Below are positions 27,228 through 37,300 of a stretch of DNA of 64,000 bases, piece after piece (position 1 is the stretch's first letter; each line of letters begins with the position of its first letter). Below the pieces are notes generated by a model. That model ran no database searches. It saw only the letters and a list, made by a program, of their open reading frames with translations, and had not been told where the DNA came from. Location of the stretch: contig CDROCS010003621.1 in the NCBI GenBank assembly GCA_977020255.1, positions 372,001 to 436,000 on the forward strand, given 5' to 3'. The position numbers and the translations under genes are program-made. The stretch is from Obrimoposthia wandeli. Taxonomy: Eukaryota.

Positions 27228-27710
27228 TTAAAACATAGAAATATGAGCACGTTCAATTTTCCACATAGGCAACTTTGTTCCCATTTCATCTTTCTTGTAA
27301 CCATAAAGTCGAATTGTTTGAGTCCATTGCTTCTTTTTCGAAAACGCATCAATATCAACATAACTTCCATAGTCATCTAGAAATGCTTCATCGGCTCCTC
27401 GGATATAAAATTCGTTCTTATTGAAAGTAAAATTTGGAACTGCCTTTTCAACTTTCTGTTTAAGATATTGAAAATCAGGTTTTTGAATATTTGATAGATA
27501 GTAGCTGAACTTTCTTCTTTCAATTGTCACAGGATTTACTAAAGCAATCAGTTGAGGCTTCTTCAAGAATCTGACTTTGTTTTTGAAATATTGTTTCACT
27601 TCTTCATACATATCCTTATCCGATTCTTCAAACATTTCTATATCTTCGTCATCGCTTAATACCCGTTGGCTATTGTCCATCGTTGATAATTGTTTTTGAT
27701 ATGAATGCAT
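27228..27710 (-). CDS. Maverick left-arm gene B, unknown function (paralog of gene A)
   Basis: 160-aa ORF with a TATA box upstream (27742-27748, minus); degraded homolog at ~46170-46480; shares a DDxG...W...IRLxGY...PxW motif with gene A. Confidence 0.7.
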   Translation of the reverse strand: MHSYQKQLSTMDNSQRVLSDDEDIEMFEESDKDMYEEVKQYFKNKVRFLKKPQLIALVNPVTIERRKFSYYLSNIQKPDFQYLKQKVEKAVPNFTFNKNEFYIRGADEAFLDDYGSYVDIDAFSKKKQWTQTIRLYGYKKDEMGTKLPMWKIERAHISMF

Positions 27711-27727
27711 TTACTGTGATTTGTCCT

Positions 27728-27907
27728 CCAATGGCGCATTCTTTTATACTAATTTCTAACAAAGACATGAATCTCATTGGTTAATATAACTAAAGCATTG
27801 AATTTGATTGGACTAAATCTATATTCAAAATCAAAATTGATTGGAAGAAATATATCATCCAATTATAATAGGTTTGCAAGATAATTACAAGAAACGTGCT
27901 ATAAAAA
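27728..27907. promoter_or_regulatory. Bidirectional CCAAT/TATA promoter region
   Basis: CCAAT/ATTGG at 27728, 27776, 27807, 27840 and 27859; outward-facing TATAAAA at 27742-27748 (minus) and 27900-27907 (plus). Confidence 0.55.
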
Positions 27908-27959
27908 AGCAGGTTCAGACATATATAAAGAAGATTTTACAGAATACAATTTCAGTCTA

Positions 27960-28459
27960 ATGAAACTCGTAGATATAAATTATAAAGGTAGAACAGAAGA
28001 TGATGTTTCGTACTTACCATTCAATGAATGGAAGCCGAGACAATATGTAGAAAAGTTTGACAATTTCACAGTTGTTATTTTTCCTACAGGTTAGTTTTTT
28101 ATTTTATTTTCATATTGAATTCTTTAGGAAATTGTCGTGTTATGGAATGCAAAATACCAATGCTTAGGTTCAATTTACCATTTGGAATTCAAATCACTGC
28201 AATACAATCAATCACGATTTCGGCTAATCTCGGGAAACAGATAAATCTTTTTAAAACTGCAGAGAAAATGAAAGAAGAATGCATGTTTGAACCAGAAATT
28301 TTCCCTGCTCTCAGTTATTTGAAGTTTAAACCGCTATGTGTAAATATATTTTCCAGTGGTAAAGTTATGATATTGGGATTGAAAAATTTTGATTATCCAA
28401 ACATTGTTGATTTGATTTTAGAAAATATATCTTATTACATCTTGTTATCTTTTCTATAA
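27960..28459 (+). CDS. TATA-binding-protein (TBP)-like protein, 153 aa, join(27960-28089,28128-28459)
   Basis: A 38-nt GT-AG intron joins the frames. Repeat 1: WKPRQY...VIFPTGNCRVM. Repeat 2: IQSITISANLGKQINL...FEPEIFPALSYLKFKPLCVNIFSSGKVMILGLK, versus TBP IQN.V.S.D....I.L...YEPELFPGLIYRM.KP.IVLLIF.SGK.V.TGAK. Confidence 0.85.
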
Positions 28460-28487
28460 ACAAACCCGTTTAAACTTATTGTTTTGA

Positions 28488-28760
28488 ATGAATAATACTA
28501 TAAATAGAGACAATGAAGTGGATCGTCTTGTCGACGAAATATTTTCTGGAAAAATTAGGGGTAAAGAAATTTTATCAGAATTAAAAAATAATGATATAAC
28601 AAGAGATAACATTGAAATATTGGTTAGATCACACGTTATTCGAGAATTTAGAAATCGTACACAAATAAATAAAATTATAGCCAAATATTCATTAATTAAT
28701 TTTAGTATTTCATCTACAATAGCTCTAACATTGTACATTTCAATAAGGAAACTTCTATGA
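28488..28760 (+). CDS. Small Maverick protein with hydrophobic C-terminus, unknown function
   Basis: 90-aa ORF tightly packed between the TBP-like and ATPase genes. Confidence 0.5.
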   Translation: MNNTINRDNEVDRLVDEIFSGKIRGKEILSELKNNDITRDNIEILVRSHVIREFRNRTQINKIIAKYSLINFSISSTIALTLYISIRKLL

Positions 28761-28797
28761 TAATATAAACAATATTAAAAATGAAAGAGTATATGCA

Positions 28798-29445
28798 ATG
28801 GAGCTAAATAATAATGCTGTATTTCAAATAGTTGGCCCTAGTGGAAGTGGAAAGACACATTTCGTCTGTAAATTGTTGCAAAATGAATCTCTTTTCAAAT
28901 CTAGTTTCAAAAATATTTATTGGCATCATGGTGGAGGAGGGGAAAGCGGGTTAACCAAAACAGAAGTTTGCAAGTTGAAGGGTATAAAATTTATTGAAGG
29001 ATTTGATGCAAATTGGTGTGAAAGATTGAAAAAAGAAGATGTAATAATAATTGATGATTTGTATGAGGAGGCTAACAAGGAATCGGACTTTAATAATTTA
29101 TTTACAAAGATTGTAAGACATCGTGAAATAACAGTTATATTTATCACTCAAAATCTGTTTCACCAAGGAGGTCACCATAGAACAAGAAACCTTAATGTAC
29201 ATTATTTAGTTTTATTTAAAAATCCTAGAGATCAAACAGTTGTTGATTTTGTGGCCAGACAGACATTTCCTCAAAATAAGAACTTTCTAGTTGATTCATT
29301 CCACGATGCTGCTAAACAATCACATGGGTATATATTTATTGACATTACACAAGCTTGCCCAGATGATTTACGTGTTTTAACAGACATATTTAATTCTAAG
29401 GGAGTAACTGTTTATAAACAAATAGAGAACAATTATAAAAAATAA
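28798..29445 (+). CDS. Packaging ATPase (A32/FtsK-like)
   Basis: Walker A GPSGSGKT, Walker B IIIDD, and RH and TQN motifs typical of Polinton ATPases. Confidence 0.92.
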   Translation: MELNNNAVFQIVGPSGSGKTHFVCKLLQNESLFKSSFKNIYWHHGGGGESGLTKTEVCKLKGIKFIEGFDANWCERLKKEDVIIIDDLYEEANKESDFNNLFTKIVRHREITVIFITQNLFHQGGHHRTRNLNVHYLVLFKNPRDQTVVDFVARQTFPQNKNFLVDSFHDAAKQSHGYIFIDITQACPDDLRVLTDIFNSKGVTVYKQIENNYKK

Positions 29446-29624
29446 ATTCGCAATGCCTTTTACAAAGTTGATAGTAAAACGTAAAGTAAAATCTAAGAAA
29501 TCAAAAAAAAGAATCATTAAGAAAAAAGAAGTGAAAAAATTAATCAAATCTGTAGTTAAAAATAAAAAAAAACTTAAATGGCTTCGAATATAAACAATAT
29601 TTAAATTGAACCTTTTTTATTAAA

Positions 29625-29953
29625 ATGAAGAAAATACAAAGAAGCATACCCTATTTTAAAGCTTTAGTCAAAGCCTCTTCTAATAAGAGAATGATTATTC
29701 TTAAAGCATTTCCATCTTTTGTTGTAGATGATTTATTGGAAGTTTTGTATAATATAGTTTTGGGTCGAGTAAAAGTTGGAAATCGGAAAAATATATTATA
29801 GAAATATAGAAAAACTCTTCTAGATATTGCTAATGTAAAAAGTAAAAAAGGAAACGAAATATTATTCTTAAACAGAATGGTGGTTTCATAGGGGCTGTTA
29901 TTCCAGTTGTTGCTTCAATTATCAGTAGTATTATAGCTGCGACACGTTCATAA
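29625..29953 (+). pseudogene. Conserved small Polinton virion-core-type protein (stop at 29799 plus frameshift)
   Basis: LLEVLYNIVLGRV...ILKQNGGFIGAVIPVVASII: a QxGG protease-site-like motif followed by a hydrophobic helix. Confidence 0.6.
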
Positions 29954-30039
29954 ACAATTATTTCTAAAATCAGCTAAAGATATGGGTGCTAGCCCTTCTT
30001 TACCTAAATTTAAATTTTCTTTCTATTCAAATTGTTGTA

Positions 30040-31068
30040 ATGTAGAAGATATGGTTCAATCCAAAAGATCCAATTGGCTACACAGGAGTTTCAAAATTAG
30101 CAAAAAGAACAAAACAAAATTACAAGAAAACGCAGAAATGGCTGAGCGACCAGTTAGCCTACAGTCTGAAGAAGCCGATGAGAAGATGGTTTCCAACTAG
30201 AGCTTACAAAACCAGCGGTCCTAATAATTTATGGCAAATGGATTTGATGGAGATGATCCCATATTCTTCCATTAATAAGAGATATCGATATATTTTAACA
30301 TGTATTGGTGTATTTAGCAGGTTTGCTCGTGCAATTCCAGTTAAAGCAAAGTCTTCAATAGCTATGCTTGAAGCCATTAAAGAAATATTAAAAGAGGACA
30401 TTCCACAAAATGTGCAAACTGATTTAGGAAAAGAATTTTATAATAAGCAAGTTCAATCATTATTTAAACAAAATAATATAAATCATTACTCTGTGTTTTC
30501 ACAATACAAAGCAGCAGTAGTAGAAAGATTTAATCGTACTCTAAGAGATCGAATAAAAAAGTATTTCACAAAAGAAGGAAATAAAAAATGGATCCAAGTT
30601 TTACCTAAAATAATACATGCATATAATCACTCTGAACATAGAGGTCTCAAGGGAATGAGACCTGTTGATGTTACTAATAAAAACTCTATGGACATTTGGA
30701 TGAACAGGAATAAAAAAGATAAAATTAAAAAAGCTAAATATAAGAAAAACGAATATGTTCGAATTTCGAAAATTAGCTCTACTCCATTTATTAAAAACTT
30801 TGATCAGAATTGGAGCGATGAAATATTTTGTATAAGTAAAATTGATCAAACGAGTAATCCAATAATGTATACTATTAAAGATGCTGACAATAATATCGTT
30901 CACAGTAAATTTTACGAGCAAGAACTACAAGTAATATCAAATAAACCTAGCGTTTTCCGTATTCAAAAAATATTAAAATCTAAGGGTACAGGTAAACATA
31001 AACAATACTTTGTTAAATGGCATGGTTATTCAGACCCAACTTGGATATCAGCATCTAATATAATATGA
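30040..31068 (+). CDS. Retroviral-like (rve) integrase with C-terminal chromodomain; TAG at codon 2 (30043-30045), open from 30046
   Basis: KIWFNPKDPIGYTG...WLSDQLAYSL N-terminus, WQMDL, QTDLGKEF, VERFNRTL (DDE triad), YFVKWHGY chromodomain. Confidence 0.93.
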
Positions 31069-32126
31069 AGTCTATGTATATGGTTTTACCTAGTAACGGA
31101 TGTCCGAAGACTCAACCAGATAATTACGCTAGTAGCTTTATTATCGATTGGGAAAATCCTATAAATATCCAAGGAGAATGGGAAGCGGCTTTAACCGAAT
31201 TTTCTTTTTATTATTCTCCAATTACTATCAGAAAAAACTCACATATTTCGTTTACAAAAGAAGTTGATCATGAAAAAACAACTAAAGTTGTGATCGGGTT
31301 TGATAGTAAAGGAAAATTCTTTTACAATTGTATAGATAAAGAAGTGAAAGTAATATATGAAAAAAACAAAGTCAGATTTAAAAATCGATCAAAACATTTT
31401 CAACTTATTCAAATTATATTCGAATCTGGAAAAGAAGCTCTTCAATTCGGTTTTGATAGTGGACATGTAGTAGGTATGAAGAGATCTGATATTGTCTCAT
31501 CTAAAATGTTTAAAAATGTTCCTAGTAGAGTGGTAAGAGTGTTGTTAGTTGAAACGAGACCAAAGACTGTAGTGGAACTGAAAATGTTTTCAAAAGATTA
31601 TAAAATAGATAGTGAAGTGAATTTCTGTAAATTAATACAGAAGGAATGTAGTGAATATTTGGATAAATGTGAAACATTAAAAAATGGTAAAATAACGTTT
31701 ACAGTAATGAGCAATATAAAACGAGTTTCATTTGATGATAAACTCGCTAAAAACCTTGGTTTAAACAGAAATACCTTTGAAACCCATACAATAAAAACCA
31801 TAAAAGCTAAAAATAAGGCAAAACTTTTAAATGCTGTTAATCATTTATATATTTATACTAATTTAATAGAACCAACGCTTGTAGGAGGACAGCGAGTTCC
31901 ACTTTTGAGAACAATATGGATATCTAAAAATGAAACTAGAGATGGGGACGCTGTCGGTATGTGTATAGATCAACCAATGTATCTTCCAGTTTCTCTCTTT
32001 TCTATAAACAATATTGAAGTAAATATTAGAGATGATTCCGGACAACTAATAGATTTCACGTACGGGGCCAAGACAAGTTTAACAATACATTTAAGAAAAC
32101 AAAATGGCGAATCCAGCAATAATTGA
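31065..32126 (+). CDS. Minor capsid protein (penton-like)
   Basis: LPSNG.P...DN.ASSF...GEWEAALTEF N-terminus; LYIYTNLIEP..VGG..VPLLR and YLPV...INNIEVNIRDDSG C-terminus. Confidence 0.88.
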   Translation: MKSMYMVLPSNGCPKTQPDNYASSFIIDWENPINIQGEWEAALTEFSFYYSPITIRKNSHISFTKEVDHEKTTKVVIGFDSKGKFFYNCIDKEVKVIYEKNKVRFKNRSKHFQLIQIIFESGKEALQFGFDSGHVVGMKRSDIVSSKMFKNVPSRVVRVLLVETRPKTVVELKMFSKDYKIDSEVNFCKLIQKECSEYLDKCETLKNGKITFTVMSNIKRVSFDDKLAKNLGLNRNTFETHTIKTIKAKNKAKLLNAVNHLYIYTNLIEPTLVGGQRVPLLRTIWISKNETRDGDAVGMCIDQPMYLPVSLFSINNIEVNIRDDSGQLIDFTYGAKTSLTIHLRKQNGESSNN

Positions 32127-32481
32127 AGCTTATAGTCAAAGCCAACAAGGAGGAGAATTACCATATTTTATTGGTAAACAATACGGATCTGGCTGGCTTA
32201 GAACATTAGGTAGATTTGCCTTTCCTCTTTTAAAGAGACTCGGGCGATTTATATCAAAATTAGGAAAGGATTACCTTTCATCTAAGGACAATAAACTAAT
32301 ACCAACTTTTAAGAAGCATGCACTTACAGAACTTGATAATATTTTACCTGACGTTGCTTATTTTATTAGAAAAGGTAAATCAAATAAAAGCCAAGAAGGT
32401 AGTGGATTTAAACGTGAAAAGAAGCAAAAAATTAATATAAACAAACGTAAGAAAGTTGATGGAACAATATTTGCAAAATGA
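32104..32481 (+). CDS. Basic virion core / amphipathic-helix precursor protein
   Basis: QQGG, QYGSG and QEGSG putative protease sites; WLRTLGRFAFPLLKRLG amphipathic helix; basic tail; lies between the penton and MCP genes. Confidence 0.7.
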   Translation: MANPAIIEAYSQSQQGGELPYFIGKQYGSGWLRTLGRFAFPLLKRLGRFISKLGKDYLSSKDNKLIPTFKKHALTELDNILPDVAYFIRKGKSNKSQEGSGFKREKKQKININKRKKVDGTIFAK

Positions 32482-33707
32482 GTTGCGCCAAAACCGAATT
32501 GTGTATTTCTGATAAACCACTGCTACAAGTAGTTGTAGATAATGCTTTTTTTGAAGAAATATTTCTAGTTAACTCAGTTTCAGGAACTACTTTAACCGAT
32601 TTAGAATTTAATATTAATGGTTCCAATAGTGAGTATTTAGATTTGATAAATACTTTGCTTTATGTTCAAATAAAAGTATTAACTCGAGATGATACTAAAT
32701 TAGATGAAAATGCAGATGTAACACCTGTAAAATATCTCTTTAATTCTTTATTTAGTGATGCCATTGTTACTCTTAATAATGTCAAAATTGAAGGTGGAAA
32801 TTCTTCCTATGCTCATAAAGCTTTGATTGAAAGTCTTTTGAATTATAGTACTGATACTCAAAATACTAATTTGGCAACCATTGGTTATGATAAAACTGTT
32901 GCAACTCGCAAAGAATGGATTGCAGGTTCTAAAGCTTACGAAATGTGTGGGTCTTTGAGTTTGAATTTCTTTGAACAACCGAAATATTTAATTCCCGGTG
33001 TTAATGTACATATTCGTTTGAAACGTAATAAATGGAATTTTTCTTTGATAAGCACGGACGTTCTAAAACCTAGACTTGATATTTTGGATGCAAAATTGTA
33101 TGTTCGAAGAGTTAAAACCGAGCAGTCAGTTTTAATGGCACATAATATAGGAATGGAAAAAAACAATGCTTGTTATCCTATTAGAGAAACTAAACTTATA
33201 TCTTATTCTTTAGGTACGGGTACACAAGCTTTTAATAAGGATCAAATTTTTGGTGATGTAAGATTACCGAAATTCATTTTAATTTCTTTTCAAAAAACTG
33301 CAAAGTTTCTAGGAAATTATACGACAGATGCAACTCAATTTGACAATCTTAGTGTAGGTTCAGTGACACTTTCAAGAAATACTGATTATCGCGAAACATA
33401 TAAAACAGATTTCGAAGGTGACGCTTATGATTTGGCTTATACCCAATCTATTATTCGGAATTTGGGTCAACTAGATAAAAATATAAACAATGGTATTTCT
33501 TTCACTGACTTTAAAAGCAGCTGCCCGTTCTTCACATTTGTTTTGGCACCAAACTTTGATATAAACCAATGTCAACTACCAAAGGATGGAAATTTACGAC
33601 TAGAAATTAAGTTCAATGCAGCTTTAACACATCCTACTACGGTGTTTATTTACGGAGTATTTGATTCGGAAATACAAATCAATAAAAACAGAACTGTCAT
33701 ATTATAG
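32478..33707 (+). CDS. Major capsid protein (double jelly-roll)
   Basis: 409 aa; KTELC...P..Q, LEFNI.G....YLDL.NTLLYV, PKYLIPGV...IRLKRN, LYVRRV, G.LRLEIKF..AL motifs of the Polinton MCP. Confidence 0.92.
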   Translation: MSCAKTELCISDKPLLQVVVDNAFFEEIFLVNSVSGTTLTDLEFNINGSNSEYLDLINTLLYVQIKVLTRDDTKLDENADVTPVKYLFNSLFSDAIVTLNNVKIEGGNSSYAHKALIESLLNYSTDTQNTNLATIGYDKTVATRKEWIAGSKAYEMCGSLSLNFFEQPKYLIPGVNVHIRLKRNKWNFSLISTDVLKPRLDILDAKLYVRRVKTEQSVLMAHNIGMEKNNACYPIRETKLISYSLGTGTQAFNKDQIFGDVRLPKFILISFQKTAKFLGNYTTDATQFDNLSVGSVTLSRNTDYRETYKTDFEGDAYDLAYTQSIIRNLGQLDKNINNGISFTDFKSSCPFFTFVLAPNFDINQCQLPKDGNLRLEIKFNAALTHPTTVFIYGVFDSEIQINKNRTVIL

Positions 33708-33708
33708 A

Positions 33709-34089
33709 ATGGAGTAAGACATATTTTAAATTTATATTTATTAATTTTTATTTAGTTCAAAACAAGTAAAAGAATCAGCAGAGAAGGTCCTAGGTGATAA
33801 ATTCAATGGAGTTTATCCTATTGATATGATTCCATTTTTTCAATCTGGAGGTCATATTATCAATACTCATACTTCGAATTTACCGGGAGAACATTGGATA
33901 GCTATTTATGTTAGAGAGTGGACAATACATGTATTTGATCCACTTGCAATGTATTATCCACACAAACTTGTTTCGACTATTCTAAAAGGACGAAGAAGAG
34001 TATTTTACAACAAGATACAATATCAGGATCCTGCGACGAGAAACTGTGGACATTTATGTATTTTATGGTTATCGTTGCAAAACAATTAG
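33709..34089 (+). CDS. Adenain-like cysteine protease, 112 aa, join(33709-33713,33756-34089)
   Basis: A 5-nt first exon (ATGGA) and a 42-nt GTAAG...TTTAG intron give MDSKQV...FNGVYPIDMIP; catalytic H (GEHW), D (FDPL), Q and C (QDPATRNCG). Confidence 0.88.
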
Positions 34090-34347
34090 TGTGTTATAAA
34101 AATAAAAATTTTAAATGTTTTATTTTGAATTATTTTTAAATCTCTAAAAATATAAGGGTAAAATAATAAAAGACATAAGACAATTTTTTTTAATACATTT
34201 ATTAATCACAACATCACAATGAGATATGTCAAAGATAAGGTCAAACCTAAAAAAGTATTGAAATAACAAATAAGTTAGAGTCTAGGTGCCATAGATATCT
34301 AAAATTTTAAAAAACTAAACTAAAAAAATCAAAAAATGAAAAACCGT

Positions 34348-37300
34348 TTAAATTCTGAAGTGTCCATAAGCCAGGCTAGCGTTCTTTTCTACCCAAAAGC
34401 GCTTGTCGTCATTACTACTCAAAGCGATCTTTGTTGATTTATGGGAATACAGTTGATGGGCTCTTGAAATAAATCTAGTTTGCTCAACGCTTTCAATACA
34501 CCCAGTATCATAAACTTTCCGGTAGGCCTCATGTGTAAGATTGTTTCTTCCCACACTCTTTGCTCTCATTGAACATGTATTATTAGATGCATGTAAACTG
34601 TAGCATTTAGGGCGTAGGAAAATACAATCATCATACGAAACCTGTCCCTCGCTTTCATCCTTAAATTTCCCGATAATGTCCTTTAAACTCATAGAGTGTA
34701 GAGGATGGTTAGCGGGATATTTATGGGTATCTAGTAAGTTGTCCCTAAACATTGCTGGTAATAATTGATTATTTAAACTAACATTCCTACATTCTAAAAA
34801 GAAAGAGTCAGTGTCCCCAGCTGCGATTTTGATCTCACAATTAAATTTTTGTCGGTATTTCTCCAATTCTATGTATTGAAGCTCATACATTCTGAGTTTA
34901 GAAATGTCTAAAACCGTTTGACCTATATAACTCGGTCGATCGAGACAAATACTCTGTTTTCCTAATAACACTGCTACCAAGTCATCTGCAATTGTAAAAC
35001 TACGCTTGAAGTTGTACTTGCTAGTATATGTTATTAGTTTACGCTCATCATTGCAAAACCGTAGACAAATACGTTTCCGCAAGTCCTCTACAGTTTTTCC
35101 AAAGAGACTATTACTTTTTAACTTGTAAAAATCTCGATCGAATTTGCTAGTGGCCAAATTACGTTTTCTTGAATTCTTCTCAATATAGTCTTTAAACACA
35201 AAGTTTTGACTGAAGCTTATAGCCCGATGAATTCGAGTAACTTTCGCTCCCAACTTTAAGTAGAATTGAAGAAGCCGCCAATGCACAACATAATTCAACT
35301 TGTCTTCATGGGTTAACAATAATTTCTTAACCTTTGAATTAGGTGGGCATTGATGAACAGGCGCTACTGGAAGATCATCTAATTTATCATGCACATTGGG
35401 AGGGATTTTTATGTCCACCTCAACCAAATAGCCGACGTCGGATGAAACTGTATCAACAGTAGCCAAATCTGTCATCAACTTATTCAACTGATCCACATCA
35501 TAAACCCACTTAAAGTTGGCATGAGGTAGAGGTTGAGTAAGCGCCCACCCATACAAATTATTAATATCGATGTACAGAATCTCCGTGGATTGATTTTTGA
35601 CAACATGATGTTTGTTGACAAAAGTCATTCCACCGCGTATACCATAATCATACATTTGATACATCGCGGGATCTTGCAGTAACTCGATATTAATTTTAAG
35701 AGTTTTTATTGCTGTTGCCCATGAAAGACCAGGTAAACTAAAGAAATGCATGGGATCTAGCCCATCTTCTGCTAAAGACTTTACACGAAAGGACTCAAAA
35801 ACATCAGCTAAAAGATAAATGTCTAACTTCATATAATAAAGCATATATTCGAGAAGATTTCGACAATTATTCACCCAAAATGTACGGGCCTCATTATAGT
35901 CTTGAAGACTTACACCCTCAAATTCAGTTATGGGTGGGATTTCAGTTGTATTTTCTAAATCTGCGAAAGTTTTTGCAAATTTAAACGGAAAAATCCCCTT
36001 ATCGTTAACCGAAGCTGGAAACACTGACTGTGTAATTGACCATGCATTTAAAGATGCTGTTAAATTTTTTAAAGACCCGCTCAAAAACTGCACAGAATCT
36101 ATGAATCTTAAACTGCAGAATTCAGTATATGCAGTTAAAGATAAATATTTCTCTGAAGTTTGAGGTATACATGAAATTTCCCAAGAGCTTAATGTACCCA
36201 ACGCGTATTTAAGTATATGATGCAAATCATATCCTTTGAGGTTATGAAACACGATGGGAATGCGTGGTTTTTTAGGGAGACGACGGCCAAGGATACAAAG
36301 GTTGCACGCCGCTCCCAAGTATCGCCCCGTAACATGATCGTGATCTCTGACTAACTTAGACTGGGTTCCACACAAATAACATAATCTACAAGAATTAAAA
36401 TTAACCCAGTCTATGCCTGTCATGATCATTGCTTGATGAGCATTGAGATCATACCACGGTTTGACAATTGTTGTTCCTAATTCCTCTAATTTTAACATAA
36501 AATCTAAAATACATTTTGGACCGGAAAATTTATGATACTGGGTAATATTGGGGCCTAAGAATAGTAGTCCTGCCGAAGCCGGTAGGTGAATACTCTCATA
36601 CTGGTCGTGTAATGCTAAAATTGACTCAAAATCTGCATACACCCTGAATTCCACGGGTATGCATTTTGCCCAATCCCTGAATTTTAAATCCTTATCCTTA
36701 GGCATGGTGTATAACGTATTGTAATTAGGATTCAGTGAACATAATGTCAGATGTTTGATGTAAGAGAGCTCAGATCGGAACCCATGCAAACATCTATGAC
36801 ACCACTTACACCTTATCCTAACCGGTAAGGCTCCATTATCTAAATTTAGAAGACGATCTAAATTGGGAATTGCAGCATAATGGAATTTTTTATTATGTTC
36901 GAGCAAAATTAAGTTGACCTGAGTCCCCTCATTTTTACTCCTATAAATTACATCTACAAAAGGATTTTTAACATTTTCTTCATCTGTTACATTAACTGGG
37001 ATATCAGTATTGTATTTGAATACATTAATACTCAATTTATTAAGGTGTTAAAATCTTGATATCGCAGTTAATTTAACTGGAAAGTCTATTCCATGATACT
37101 GCAATTCATTTAAAAAAGGGGTATATTTACTGACACGCTCTCTATGCTCAGTAATTACATCCCCTTTGAGGATGGCCAACACGCTATACAGAAAGCAAAG
37201 GTTATCACTGTTTTGTACGTTAACAATGGAACGTGAAAGTTGAAGAGATCTAGGTGAAGGAATGTATGAACTCCCCGAAAGATATATCATGTCAGTGAAC

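Noticed and set aside
37048-37050. Stop-codon reassignment explaining in-frame stops
   Set aside because: TAA, TAG and TGA all act as normal terminators elsewhere in the window, and frameshifts co-occur, so ordinary decay is simpler.
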